A stretch of 64,000 bases of DNA from IMG/VR virus record IMGVR_UViG_3300025327_000020; one strand, 5' to 3'. This document shows positions 18,058 through 27,456 of this stretch, in pieces. This DNA is from an uncultured virus (IMG/VR IMGVR_UViG_3300025327_000020). Its lineage: Duplodnaviria > Heunggongvirae > Uroviricota > Caudoviricetes. The position numbers and the translations under genes were made by a program. Position 1 is the stretch's first letter. Every line of letters starts with the position of its first letter. The notes beneath the pieces are model-generated. The model searched no databases. It worked only from the letters and a program-made list of their open reading frames with translations, and was not told the DNA's origin.

Positions 18058-18833
18058 CACAACCTAAACCTTTACCGAGGCTAACTCCAGGGCCAACTCC
18101 AACACCTACTCCTAGGCCTGCTTACCCTGTGACACCTCCACCCATTACTCCCAAGAAGATTATTGGATATGACTCCTCTGGTAAGGCTATATGGGCAAGT
18201 ACCTCCGCTCCTGCAACCTTTCCATTCACTGAGCCTGGAGTAAGTCAACCCACTGGTACTACTACTAGGTATGGGCCTGGAGATATTCCTATACCTAATA
18301 TCAATGACCCTGCCTATGACCTACTGGACGAATATGGTAAGGTTATAGGTCGTGACTACTCCTCGTACTATAAGGATGTAGCTGCATATAGGAATCTGAC
18401 AGAGGGTGATTCTGGGGATGGAGGGGCCTCTAGTGCCGCCGCTGCCGCCTCTGCTGCTAACCAACGAATGTCCAACTACCTGAGTGCAGTCATTGAGGGC
18501 CTTGGTACTGAGGTTGAGGCTCGCCGTCTCCGCTCAGACCAAGCTATGCAGGAGTTCAATAGGCAACTGGATGCCATCTCAGAGGCAGGTGAACGGTTCG
18601 AGGGTATTCAGCAGTTCACAATCCCAGAAGGCTCCAAGTACTCTACAGGTTTTGAGCCTGGGGGCCTAGCAACAAGTCTCGGCCTCCAGCCGCGAGAGTC
18701 CAAGCCAATTGCCTATGACCCGTTTGCAATCGCCCTCAACCTAATACAAACCACTCCCAGTCCTTATGCTGTAGGAGTCCCTGATACAAGCCAGATTCAG
18801 CAGGCTATTGACTTAGCCAAGAGGTTCCTCTAG
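18054..18833 (+). CDS. Probable internal virion (ejection) protein
   Basis: Low-complexity Pro/Ala-rich with coiled coil; position between portal and the large internal protein. Confidence 0.5.
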   Translation: MTQPKPLPRLTPGPTPTPTPRPAYPVTPPPITPKKIIGYDSSGKAIWASTSAPATFPFTEPGVSQPTGTTTRYGPGDIPIPNINDPAYDLLDEYGKVIGRDYSSYYKDVAAYRNLTEGDSGDGGASSAAAAASAANQRMSNYLSAVIEGLGTEVEARRLRSDQAMQEFNRQLDAISEAGERFEGIQQFTIPEGSKYSTGFEPGGLATSLGLQPRESKPIAYDPFAIALNLIQTTPSPYAVGVPDTSQIQQAIDLAKRFL

Positions 18834-19027
18834 ATGCAAATCTTTTTCTGTCCAGGATGTCAACATTGGAAGGAATATTCTCAGGCTGTGAGAGGCCTAA
18901 CGCAGGTTGTATTTATACCTCAAGAGCAAATATATCCACAGGTTAAGAATCCTATCAACTGGATACAGACTTCCATGCCTGTTCTTCTGTGCGCTATGTG
19001 TGCTCCTGTAGGGTCGGAGGTGTAACT

Positions 19028-19798
19028 GTGGCTGAGTACCCGTATCAGACTTATGCAAGACTTGTAGGCCGCAACTGGCCAGGAATGGCAGAGCTTAAAA
19101 CTCTTTATGGACAGATTGGGATTACTGCTCCTGTTGGGTCGGCAGCAGGCAATGTGGCTCTCCAGAAGGCACTCCTTGGAGGTTGGAGACCAGGACAGAT
19201 TGTAGGCGCAGCAGCACCAGCACCTGCTCCAGCCCCTGCAGCACCAGCCCCTGCTGCACCAGCACCCACCGGATACCCTAGCAGCCTATTTATAGACCCT
19301 GGGTCCTATATGAATCTCCAGGACAAACTGATTGCGGCTCAGAAGTATGCAACCGACCTCCAGGCTACAATAGACCGAGAGAACCTCAAACAGCAACGTT
19401 ACACTACCGAGGCGCAACTGTCCGCTAATCCTGCTGACTTTGTGGCCTACGAACTGTATAAGAGAAAACTGCAGGAGCAAGGGCTTGCCCCTCAAACTGG
19501 GGCTGTCAGGTCTGATGCTGACATCCAGGCTATGTTCAACTCCATTATAGGTGCTGCTCCTGAAGTCTCCGCTGGTATAGGCCAGTTTGGAGTCAACATT
19601 CCCACTACTCAATCTGTTAGTAGGAGCCAGTTCCAAACCTTTGACCCGACTGACCTTGCTATTCTTTCGAGCTTTCTCAAGGGTGGTGTTCAACAGGGAG
19701 GTACACGGGTCGGTATTAATCCAGAGGACTATTTCCAGAAATTGCAGGAAGGCTTTATTCCCTATGTCAACACTGGTGCGACACAGTATTCCTTCTAG
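19028..19798 (+). CDS. Probable internal virion protein with N-terminal DUF3597-like domain
   Basis: ggaggtg SD before GTG; LKTLYGQIGI..VGSAAGNVALQKAL, then PA linker. Confidence 0.55.
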   Translation: MAEYPYQTYARLVGRNWPGMAELKTLYGQIGITAPVGSAAGNVALQKALLGGWRPGQIVGAAAPAPAPAPAAPAPAAPAPTGYPSSLFIDPGSYMNLQDKLIAAQKYATDLQATIDRENLKQQRYTTEAQLSANPADFVAYELYKRKLQEQGLAPQTGAVRSDADIQAMFNSIIGAAPEVSAGIGQFGVNIPTTQSVSRSQFQTFDPTDLAILSSFLKGGVQQGGTRVGINPEDYFQKLQEGFIPYVNTGATQYSF

Positions 19799-19807
19799 GA
19801 GGCTGCA

Positions 19808-20122
19808 ATGCCACATATGCAAATATCAGTAGACCCTAGGCACACTCGACTAGCCTTGGAGTTTATGCAGTCGGCTAAGAGACCTAAGAGACTGCCTTCC
19901 CAGGCTAGCTCTACAGCCCAGTCAAGGGCATTTGGCCAGCAGGGAGACCTAATGAGACCTACTGACTTCCAGAACTCTCCTCAGGGTCAGGCAGTTATGA
20001 AGAGGATAATCCAGGAGTTTAGTCTACCTTCTCAAGCTAGTCCTACTGCCCAGAGCAGAGCATTCGGCCAGCAGAATCAGCGGCGCAGGAAGTCAGTGGA
20101 TAGCGGATACCTGAGTTCATAG
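19808..20122 (+). CDS. Small protein with duplicated 17-aa motif
   Basis: LPSQASxTAQSRAFGQQ twice; ggagg SD. Confidence 0.6.
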   Translation: MPHMQISVDPRHTRLALEFMQSAKRPKRLPSQASSTAQSRAFGQQGDLMRPTDFQNSPQGQAVMKRIIQEFSLPSQASPTAQSRAFGQQNQRRRKSVDSGYLSS

Positions 20123-20124
20123 AT

Positions 20125-23100
20125 ATGCCTAACTGGTGGGAGTCCGAGCCCAGGGACGTTAGGTCCAGGCGTGAGGGTAGGGCCTTCAGAGCCTCTGCTG
20201 AACGTATAGCATTTAGGCGTCAGGCCCGTGGTGAGATGGCACGCCGTGGCCTTGACCCTAATCTCTTCCCCCAGCTAGGGAGTCCAGAAGGTCCTCTAAT
20301 GACTCGTATCCAGGCGGATGAGATTCAGCCTGATACTAAGTCCAAAGGCGGCGGTGGAGGTATCCTTGGTAAGATTGCTTCTCCTGTTTTGGGTGCAGTA
20401 GATGATGTATCCTCTGCTGTATTCCGAGGTAAGGTTAGAGAGCCCTGGGATGTTCTCCGGCCAGTGAAGCAGCTAATGGACCTATCTTACAGGGAGGTTG
20501 GTAGGCCACTTGGAGAGAAGTATGCTGATATAGGGGCAGGCGGAGGCCTCCTAGGGAAAAGCGGTATCCCAGGTGTTTCTGATGTATTTAGGAAGAGGCC
20601 AATACCAATCTCGCCTGAGCTAGAGCATGAGATAGCAGCAGAGGCTACAGCTTATACTGTGTTTGACCCTCTCAATTATCCAGGCTTGATTTTGGGGGGG
20701 ACAGGAGCAGTTGGCAAGATTGGTGCTAGGACTGCTGCTAGGCTTCCAGTCCTAGACGCACTCTTCTCAGGTATAGGTAGTAGGGCTGCCCTTAAGAATA
20801 TCCTTCCTGCAATCTCTGGGGGTGCTGCTGAATCCCCTGAGATGGAGCGTATTATCCAGGGTATGAGGGGAACTACCCTAGATAAGTTTGGAGTCCATAC
20901 AGCAGAGGAAGTCATCATCGATGCCCGTCAGAATCTCTCTCTTACTCAGTTTGGTAGGAGGGTAATAGGCAACTCCCTTCCAGGCTCAGTTACGCGTTGG
21001 CTAGAAGGTCGAGGAGTCCGTCTTATCGATGATGATATGGGAATGCTCCTCCATGAGTATGGCAGGATTAGAGCCTTTGGTCACAATGCTGCTGCCCGCT
21101 CTAATGACCTAATACGTGCGGCTGTAAGCAAGACTTTTAGGCTTAACAATGAGGGGAGAGTCTTAGACCTCCCAGGTCAGCCTTATATTGATGATGTAAT
21201 TGAGACCTATAAGGACTTCAAGCTCAACCCCCAACAGATAGGCGCAGTCAAGCTGGTCAATGAACAGCTAAGTATCCTCCGCCAAACTGAAAAGGCTGCT
21301 GGCCTTAAAGTCCATGACATACCTACTCCTCGTGGCATTTATACTCACCGTCAGGTAATCCGCCGCCCAGTGAATATCACTGACCCAAAATCCTTGACAC
21401 AGCTTGAGGAGACAGTCCCAGTAGGCCCTGTTGTCAAGGAGAAGCTAGGTGCTAAGCAGGCCTTCGAGAAGCCCCGTAGTGTCTCTACTAAGGCTGAAGG
21501 TATTGAAGCTGGCCTGGAGTATATGGGGTTTGCTGATGCTCAACAGGCCCGTATAGTTCAGGGTTATAACCGTGTCGCAGACAAATGGCTTGAGGCAGCA
21601 CTTAGGCCCTATGGGTTTAGTGTTACTGAGTTACTGGGCCAACAGGCTCCAGACCTACTTAAGCAGGGAGTCGCTCTAGTACAGAGGATTAGGCGTCTAC
21701 AGTCCCTAGAGCGTGAGGCAACCATTGCCAAACGTGTAGGCAGTAGATGGGCCTTCCGTATGCCAGGAAAACTTGTTGAGAATGACCTTGTGGCCCTTGG
21801 TAAGAGAGCAAAGGAGGCCTCTGGACTACCTCTGAAGGCTGGCCGCCAAGCTACTCTAGCTGGAATCCAAGAGGAAGCTAGGGGCCTACTTAGAACTGCT
21901 CGTGCTGAACTCCAACCTATTAAGGCCCGTCGAGCTACTATTATGCGGGAACTAACCGCTGGCGGTACAAGAGAGTTTCCTAAACGTTTCCGAGGCAAGT
22001 TCTATTCCGAGCAGGTTGGTGAAAGGCTCCTAGACTTCGACAGTCCTAAGGCTTCTGGCCTCTTGGAGTCAACTGTTAACAGGTTCAACAACCTTATCAG
22101 GCCCCTGATGGCGACTGCTGATGCATCCTTTATGGGTGTCCAGGGCCTAATAGGTGCTGCTCATAACCCTAAAGCCTATATACAATCCCTTAGATATGCC
22201 TTTACTACTGCCTATGATGAGAGGATTGCAGCACACCAGGCTAGTGGCCTACTCGATAACTTCCTCAAGAGTGGAGGTCACTTCGCAGCCCGCAACGATA
22301 TGGGTGAGTTCCTCTTCTCAGGCTGGCCTGAGAAACTTCCTGGATTTGGTAAGGCTGCCAGACTGTCAAATACTTGGTTCACCCGTTTCGGGAATAGCCT
22401 GCGTCTGGAGATGTTTGAGTCAGCGGCTAAGGCTGGTGCATCAACTAAAGACCTAGAGGGCCTAGCCCGTATGGTTAACCTTGCAACAGGCTACACCGGT
22501 GGGAAGGCTACCAGCCTGGAGACTGCAATGCTGTTCGCCCCCAGATTCTTCCGCTCCCAGATAGGTCTAGTTTCAGATGGCTTGACGAAGAGGACACTAG
22601 GAGGGAATGAGGCAGCTAAGGCAATATCCAAGCTGGTTATCTTGGGTACGGCCCTTACGTACTCTCTCAATGAGGTTCTGGGCAACAAGACTGACTTCAA
22701 TCCCTCTAGCTCTAACTTCCTAAGGATACGAGCACTTGGCCGTGATATTAGCGTCTTTGGCCCCTGGGATTCACTTGTGAAGGCTATCTATATAGGGGCC
22801 ACGAATCCTATTCAAGGCACTAGCTATATTGCACGTACCAAGGCTTCTCCTGCAGTTGCCCGCATTTATGACCTCATTCAGGGCCACACAATCCAAGGTG
22901 CTGACCTCAAATGGGGTAATGCTGAGGAGGTTCTGGTTAGTCTTGGACAGCTTACAAAGCAGCTAGGGCCTATCTCTCTCCAACAGGCAGGTGAAGAGGG
23001 TATTCCCAAGACTCCACAGGAGATTGGAGCCTCTGCTCTCCAAATACTTGGTACAAAGGCTGCTCCTCTTACAGCTTATGAGAACCTTGCTAACCGTCGT

Positions 23101-23931
23101 AATGAGGCCGCTCAGGAGTCATTCCAGAAGAATTGGCCTGACCTTGAGCCTAGGCAGAAGTTTGAGCTTGAGAGGGCTAGGCCAGAATTGAAGCGTCCAG
23201 AAGCCACAAGTGAATATGGCAAGGCGCTTGAGGCCCGCACCACTCTGCTTGATACTTATGAGACTCAGATGAAGGCACTTGACTCAGCAGGTATGGCTGG
23301 TCCTGAATGGAGAGCCGAGTACCAGCGTATCAATGCTGCCCGTGCAGGAGCCTTTGACCAGTGGGAACGTGACCATCCAGAGGCAGCGGGTAGGCTTCAA
23401 GTACCTGATAATCCTAATGACTTGGCACTTCAACAGCAACGAGATGCCTTCATCAATGCCCGCACACCTTGGGGTAACATAGACCCTGAGAAGCTGGCTG
23501 TTAGTCTGAACGACTTAGAGGACTCCTGGACGCCTGAGCAGAAACGTTATGTTGAGGATAACACAGGCCTCCGAGACACTCCACTCACAAAGGAATACAA
23601 GAAGGCAATTAGAACTCTTAGACCCTACTTCGAGCTAGAGGATTCAGTCTGGGATACAATCAGGAAAGGTTCACCTGAACTAAGCCCCTATGAGACTACC
23701 GATGACTATGTGTTCTCAATAGTCCAAGGTCTCGTCAAGCAGGGGTATCCACTTGAGCAGGCTGCATCTATAGCCTCTGACTTGCCAGTTCTTCGTCAGG
23801 TTGAATCCATAGTCAGTGACCTCAAAGAGCGTTACAGGTTTGCTAATCCAGAGGCCGACGCTGCCCTTGCCAAATGGTTTGGAGCAACTCCTATCTTTAT
23901 GCAGGGTAGGCATAAGAGGCGCTCCCGATGA
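20125..23931 (+). CDS. Large internal virion / DNA-ejection protein
   Basis: 1268 aa, helical; shares motifs with 54975..60005. Confidence 0.7.
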   Translation: MPNWWESEPRDVRSRREGRAFRASAERIAFRRQARGEMARRGLDPNLFPQLGSPEGPLMTRIQADEIQPDTKSKGGGGGILGKIASPVLGAVDDVSSAVFRGKVREPWDVLRPVKQLMDLSYREVGRPLGEKYADIGAGGGLLGKSGIPGVSDVFRKRPIPISPELEHEIAAEATAYTVFDPLNYPGLILGGTGAVGKIGARTAARLPVLDALFSGIGSRAALKNILPAISGGAAESPEMERIIQGMRGTTLDKFGVHTAEEVIIDARQNLSLTQFGRRVIGNSLPGSVTRWLEGRGVRLIDDDMGMLLHEYGRIRAFGHNAAARSNDLIRAAVSKTFRLNNEGRVLDLPGQPYIDDVIETYKDFKLNPQQIGAVKLVNEQLSILRQTEKAAGLKVHDIPTPRGIYTHRQVIRRPVNITDPKSLTQLEETVPVGPVVKEKLGAKQAFEKPRSVSTKAEGIEAGLEYMGFADAQQARIVQGYNRVADKWLEAALRPYGFSVTELLGQQAPDLLKQGVALVQRIRRLQSLEREATIAKRVGSRWAFRMPGKLVENDLVALGKRAKEASGLPLKAGRQATLAGIQEEARGLLRTARAELQPIKARRATIMRELTAGGTREFPKRFRGKFYSEQVGERLLDFDSPKASGLLESTVNRFNNLIRPLMATADASFMGVQGLIGAAHNPKAYIQSLRYAFTTAYDERIAAHQASGLLDNFLKSGGHFAARNDMGEFLFSGWPEKLPGFGKAARLSNTWFTRFGNSLRLEMFESAAKAGASTKDLEGLARMVNLATGYTGGKATSLETAMLFAPRFFRSQIGLVSDGLTKRTLGGNEAAKAISKLVILGTALTYSLNEVLGNKTDFNPSSSNFLRIRALGRDISVFGPWDSLVKAIYIGATNPIQGTSYIARTKASPAVARIYDLIQGHTIQGADLKWGNAEEVLVSLGQLTKQLGPISLQQAGEEGIPKTPQEIGASALQILGTKAAPLTAYENLANRRNEAAQESFQKNWPDLEPRQKFELERARPELKRPEATSEYGKALEARTTLLDTYETQMKALDSAGMAGPEWRAEYQRINAARAGAFDQWERDHPEAAGRLQVPDNPNDLALQQQRDAFINARTPWGNIDPEKLAVSLNDLEDSWTPEQKRYVEDNTGLRDTPLTKEYKKAIRTLRPYFELEDSVWDTIRKGSPELSPYETTDDYVFSIVQGLVKQGYPLEQAASIASDLPVLRQVESIVSDLKERYRFANPEADAALAKWFGATPIFMQGRHKRRSR

Positions 23932-24206
23932 AGCCCGTAATTACCTGCAACCATCACGGCTCCTGCGGCTGCGAAGTATCATCCTGCTGCCTTAACTGCC
24001 CTCTAGCACAATGCCGATATGAGTCTGAGGGTGGGGTAAGGGGTATTAGAAACCGAGAACGTAATCCTAAGATAAAGGCTCTGGAAGGAATCTTACCTGT
24101 GGCTGCTGTTGCGGAGTTGTTCGAGATGAGCCAGACCAACGTAAATCGTATCTGGGCAGCGCCCCAGATGGGTATTGACAACGTTCAGACAGATATGGTA
24201 ACGTGA
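23928..24206 (+). CDS. Cys-cluster plus HTH protein
   Basis: GCEVSSCCLNCPLAQCRYE...AVAELFEMSQTNVNRI. Confidence 0.65.
   Translation: MKPVITCNHHGSCGCEVSSCCLNCPLAQCRYESEGGVRGIRNRERNPKIKALEGILPVAAVAELFEMSQTNVNRIWAAPQMGIDNVQTDMVT
24175..24204 (+). promoter_or_regulatory. Possible promoter for the scaffold/capsid genes
   Basis: TTGACA-18-TAACGT with TGn; same position as the 60019 promoter in phage B. Confidence 0.5.
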
Positions 24207-24228
24207 TACCAGATTGGGGAGATAAATT

Positions 24229-25116
24229 ATGCCTACTGACCCTGACATAGCCGCCTTAGCCCATGAGATTGAGGGAACCGTAGCTCCCCCTCAATCCAAG
24301 GGTGCTGGAGATAAAAGTGCCGATGGTGCAGGTGATAGCACTTCTGAGAAGGAGAGCAAGCCTGGCCTAACCGGTGCTGGAACTGGTGATGGTGAGGGAG
24401 GGGCTGGAGAAGAGGAGAAAGGGGAGGAGGAGGAAGCTCCTGACCCTCTCAAGGACCTCAACATTCAGCAACTTCTAGCACATCCAGCATTAGGTCCAAT
24501 GCTCCAGTCATGGGCGGATAGGGCAGGGGCAGCCCAGGTAGCAGCAGTCCTGGAACGTGAGCGGCCTGCTATTGCTCAAACTGAGCGAGAACGGGCTGAC
24601 CACGCGCTCTGGGATGAGCACTTCTCCTCAATGACTCAAGAGGAAATTGGGGAGGAGATTTCGGCTGACTCTAAGGCTGCCTCTGCCTATGCTCAATACC
24701 AGGAGCGTAAACAATCTGGTGGTGGTCTCAGTCCAGAGGCTGTTGCTCGTGCCTCAGAGGTCTACTCCAATGCGGCCCAGGTTGCTGTATACTCTCATAT
24801 GTTAGAGAACTCAGGCTTAGACGATGTTGTAAAGGCAGAGCTAAAACCTGAGAACTTTACTCATATGGGAGTCGATGGCCTTGTATCCTGGGGTCAGGCT
24901 ATTGGCCAGGCCATTATTGATAGCCGAGTAGAAGCACGCGCTCAGGAGCTACTAGCCGAGAAGTGGGAGACTCACAAGCAGGAGCAGCTTGCAGAGTTAG
25001 AGCAGGATAGGCCCCCACTAACATCAGGTCGAAGGACAGGCGCTACACCTGACCTTCTAGGCACACCCTCTAACGAGCTACTAGAGAGTGCATTGTCGAA
25101 GTCTGAGAAGAAATAG
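24229..25116 (+). CDS. Capsid scaffolding protein
   Basis: Acidic disordered N-terminus, helical body, directly before the capsid gene. Confidence 0.75.
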   Translation: MPTDPDIAALAHEIEGTVAPPQSKGAGDKSADGAGDSTSEKESKPGLTGAGTGDGEGGAGEEEKGEEEEAPDPLKDLNIQQLLAHPALGPMLQSWADRAGAAQVAAVLERERPAIAQTERERADHALWDEHFSSMTQEEIGEEISADSKAASAYAQYQERKQSGGGLSPEAVARASEVYSNAAQVAVYSHMLENSGLDDVVKAELKPENFTHMGVDGLVSWGQAIGQAIIDSRVEARAQELLAEKWETHKQEQLAELEQDRPPLTSGRRTGATPDLLGTPSNELLESALSKSEKK

Positions 25117-25125
25117 GAGGAAGCT

Positions 25126-26052
25126 ATGGCGGACATAACACTTCTAGAGGCTGCCAAGCATAGTCAGGATGAGTTGGAGAGGGCAGTCACAAAGATTATC
25201 GTAGAGACCTCTCCAATCCTAGAATATCTACCTATGAAGACCATTAATGGCCCTGCGTTCCGCTACCACAAGGAGCGAACGCTAGGCACAGTGGCCTTCC
25301 GTGGTGTTGGCGGCACATACACGCCTGACGCAGGTGTAATCAATCCAGAGTTTGAGCCTCTGGTTATTCTCGGTGGTGAGGTCAAGGTTGACAACTTCGA
25401 GGTCGAGGTTATGTCTAACCTGCTCAACCTCAAAGCTGAGAAGTACCGGATGAAGGCTCGTCAAGCAGGAATTAAGTTCTCGGAGTCCTTCTTCGAAGGC
25501 GACACGGTGGTCGATGCATTCTCCTTCGATGGTATCCGTAAGCGCCTGATTGGAGGACAGAAGATTCTGCAAGCCAGCGGTGGAGGTGCCCTGACACTTG
25601 CGAGTCTGGATACACTCCTAGATGCAGTTGTAGGCGATGGTGCCGATAAGGTTCTCTTTATGAGTCCTACAGTCCGCCGTAAGCTGACTGCCCTTGTTCG
25701 TGCTCAGACTGGTTCCAGCCTCATCAGCTTCACCCAGGATGCTTTCGGTAAGCAGCAGATAGCCTATGCTGGTACTCCCATTAGGATTGTCCGGCGTGAG
25801 GATGATGGTAGCACCTTCTTGGGCTACGATGAGGACCCTGGGGACGGCACCTCGGATACAGCTAGTGTCTACTGTATTAGGTTCAGTTCTGACCATGTTC
25901 ACGGTATCCAGTCAAAGAGCCTCCCCTCAGTCAAGGACTTTGGAGAGGTTCAGGCTGGCCCCTACCACTTGGGTAGGATTGAGTGGTACTGTGGTGTCGT
26001 AGTCAAGCATCCTCGTGGCGCTGCGAGGCTCTACGGAATCCTTGACGCATAG
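25126..26052 (+). CDS. Major capsid protein (HK97 fold)
   Basis: TLLEAAK...SPILEYLP...FRGV...ILGGEVKVD...FDGIRKR...RIEWYCG...AARLYGI. Confidence 0.9.
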   Translation: MADITLLEAAKHSQDELERAVTKIIVETSPILEYLPMKTINGPAFRYHKERTLGTVAFRGVGGTYTPDAGVINPEFEPLVILGGEVKVDNFEVEVMSNLLNLKAEKYRMKARQAGIKFSESFFEGDTVVDAFSFDGIRKRLIGGQKILQASGGGALTLASLDTLLDAVVGDGADKVLFMSPTVRRKLTALVRAQTGSSLISFTQDAFGKQQIAYAGTPIRIVRREDDGSTFLGYDEDPGDGTSDTASVYCIRFSSDHVHGIQSKSLPSVKDFGEVQAGPYHLGRIEWYCGVVVKHPRGAARLYGILDA

Positions 26053-26064
26053 TAGGAGGACAAT

Positions 26065-26364
26065 ATGGAATCGGGAGAGCTACCAGAGGTTTATGAGCGT
26101 AATGGCAATCTGTATCGGAAGGTCAAAAGAGTATCCGCAGGTGAGGAGTGGGAGTCAGAGCGTCCTGTTGCCAGGACTTTAGAGGAGGCACAGGCTCTCC
26201 GTTGGGACTTTTACCACTTAGAACTAGGGTGGATACTCAGCGGCTACAAGCTGGAGAAGGACCGTGATACTGATTCCATTATGGCTGATGGCTCTCATGC
26301 CTCTCCCCTTCCAATTGAGGAGCAGGAAAAGCGTTCCTCATCAGTCAGAATAGTTCATTCATAG
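26065..26364 (+). CDS. Hypothetical protein
   Basis: aggagg SD, within the capsid operon. Confidence 0.6.
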   Translation: MESGELPEVYERNGNLYRKVKRVSAGEEWESERPVARTLEEAQALRWDFYHLELGWILSGYKLEKDRDTDSIMADGSHASPLPIEEQEKRSSSVRIVHS

Positions 26365-26373
26365 GAGGTCCAA

Positions 26374-26799
26374 GTGGCAAGAGATATTAACCTGAGGCTG
26401 GCTAACGCAGCAGACCTTACTGCCACAGGTCAGCAGACAGCGGTAGATACTGAGGGTGGATTCTTCGCCATAGCCAGGCTGAACAATGCCCTCATCACAG
26501 GCACTACCCCACTATTCGATTTTGACATCGAGGCCTCAATTGATGGAGGTTCAACCTACTTCAAGATAGGTTCCTTCCCTCAGTTGGATGGTGCCGATGA
26601 CAATATCGAGATAGCACGGCCTGTCTACATTCCCAGACCCGCATCTGGACAGACCATTACCAAGGTCAGGTTGCAGTATACTGTTTCAGGCACAACTCCT
26701 GTGTGCAATGATACCACAGTATACCTGGAGCCAATGGTAAGTCTGGGTGTACCTGCCGTAGACGAGCAGTTGGCGTCAGGTCTAGCCAAACTCACGTAG
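26374..26799 (+). CDS. Capsid cement/decoration protein (jelly-roll, Bbp16-like)
   Basis: Beta-rich; MARDxxL..., IEASIDGG, VRLQYTVSGTTP; follows the capsid gene. Confidence 0.6.
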   Translation: MARDINLRLANAADLTATGQQTAVDTEGGFFAIARLNNALITGTTPLFDFDIEASIDGGSTYFKIGSFPQLDGADDNIEIARPVYIPRPASGQTITKVRLQYTVSGTTPVCNDTTVYLEPMVSLGVPAVDEQLASGLAKLT

Positions 26800-26812
26800 G
26801 CCTATTCTTATA

Positions 26813-26870
26813 GGGCAATAGAGGGGAGAGGTCGTGGAGGTCCGGGGCAACCCTCTCCCCAATATTGCCC
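26813..26870 (+). promoter_or_regulatory. Long intergenic hairpin after the capsid genes
   Basis: gggcaata/tattgccc plus ggggagagg/cctctcccc; no U-tract. Confidence 0.6.
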
Positions 26871-26884
26871 ATAAGGAGGTTATA

Positions 26885-27145
26885 ATGCCTTACTCTGTGA
26901 GGGCCGTTGGTGATGGCAGATTTACTGTGGTTAACACGGAAACAGGCAATGTTCACAGCAAAGGCACAACTAAGGCAAATGCTGAGGCTCAGGTGAGACT
27001 CCTACATGGGGTTGAGCATGGGATGCGGCCTCGGACTACTCGTGAGGTGATGGGTACTCATCCACAAGTCCAGGGCAAGACTCATCGAATGCCAGGTGGC
27101 AAGGTAATGAAGGGTGCAAAGCATCCTAAGACAAGGAGTAAGTAA
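26885..27145 (+). CDS. Small basic protein
   Basis: aaggaggt SD; MPY...VNTETG...KANAEAQVRLL; THRMPGGKVM. Confidence 0.65.
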   Translation: MPYSVRAVGDGRFTVVNTETGNVHSKGTTKANAEAQVRLLHGVEHGMRPRTTREVMGTHPQVQGKTHRMPGGKVMKGAKHPKTRSK

Positions 27146-27304
27146 ATGCCGTATGATAATCCTAATAGGGCGCCTGTAGGTGACCATATCACTATGAAGG
27201 ACACTGTGCCACCTCCTGCTGGAGAGGGTTTTGAGTGCTCCTGTGGTCGTAGCTTCACTTCTGCCAAGAGTCTCAAGGGACACAAGACCAAACTAGGCCA
27301 CTAA
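27146..27304 (+). CDS. 52-aa C2H2-type zinc-finger protein (not in ORF track)
   Basis: FECSCGRSFTSAKSLKGHKTKLGH; aaggag SD. Confidence 0.65.
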   Translation: MPYDNPNRAPVGDHITMKDTVPPPAGEGFECSCGRSFTSAKSLKGHKTKLGH

Positions 27305-27456
27305 TGCTATTAGGGCTTGGAATAGGACTGGTTATCATCCTACTCCTTCTTGGTACCTTGTTCGTAATCTGGCCTAGACCCCCTAAACCTCGTAAACGTG
27401 TAGTTGCTGAGGATATATTGAGGCGCCAACGTGAGCGTAAAGCACCAAAAGGTTAG
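27304..27456 (+). CDS. 50-aa single-TM protein (not in ORF track)
   Basis: MLLGLGIGLVIILLLLGTLFVIW then basic tail; taATG coupling. Confidence 0.55.
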   Translation: MLLGLGIGLVIILLLLGTLFVIWPRPPKPRKRVVAEDILRRQRERKAPKG

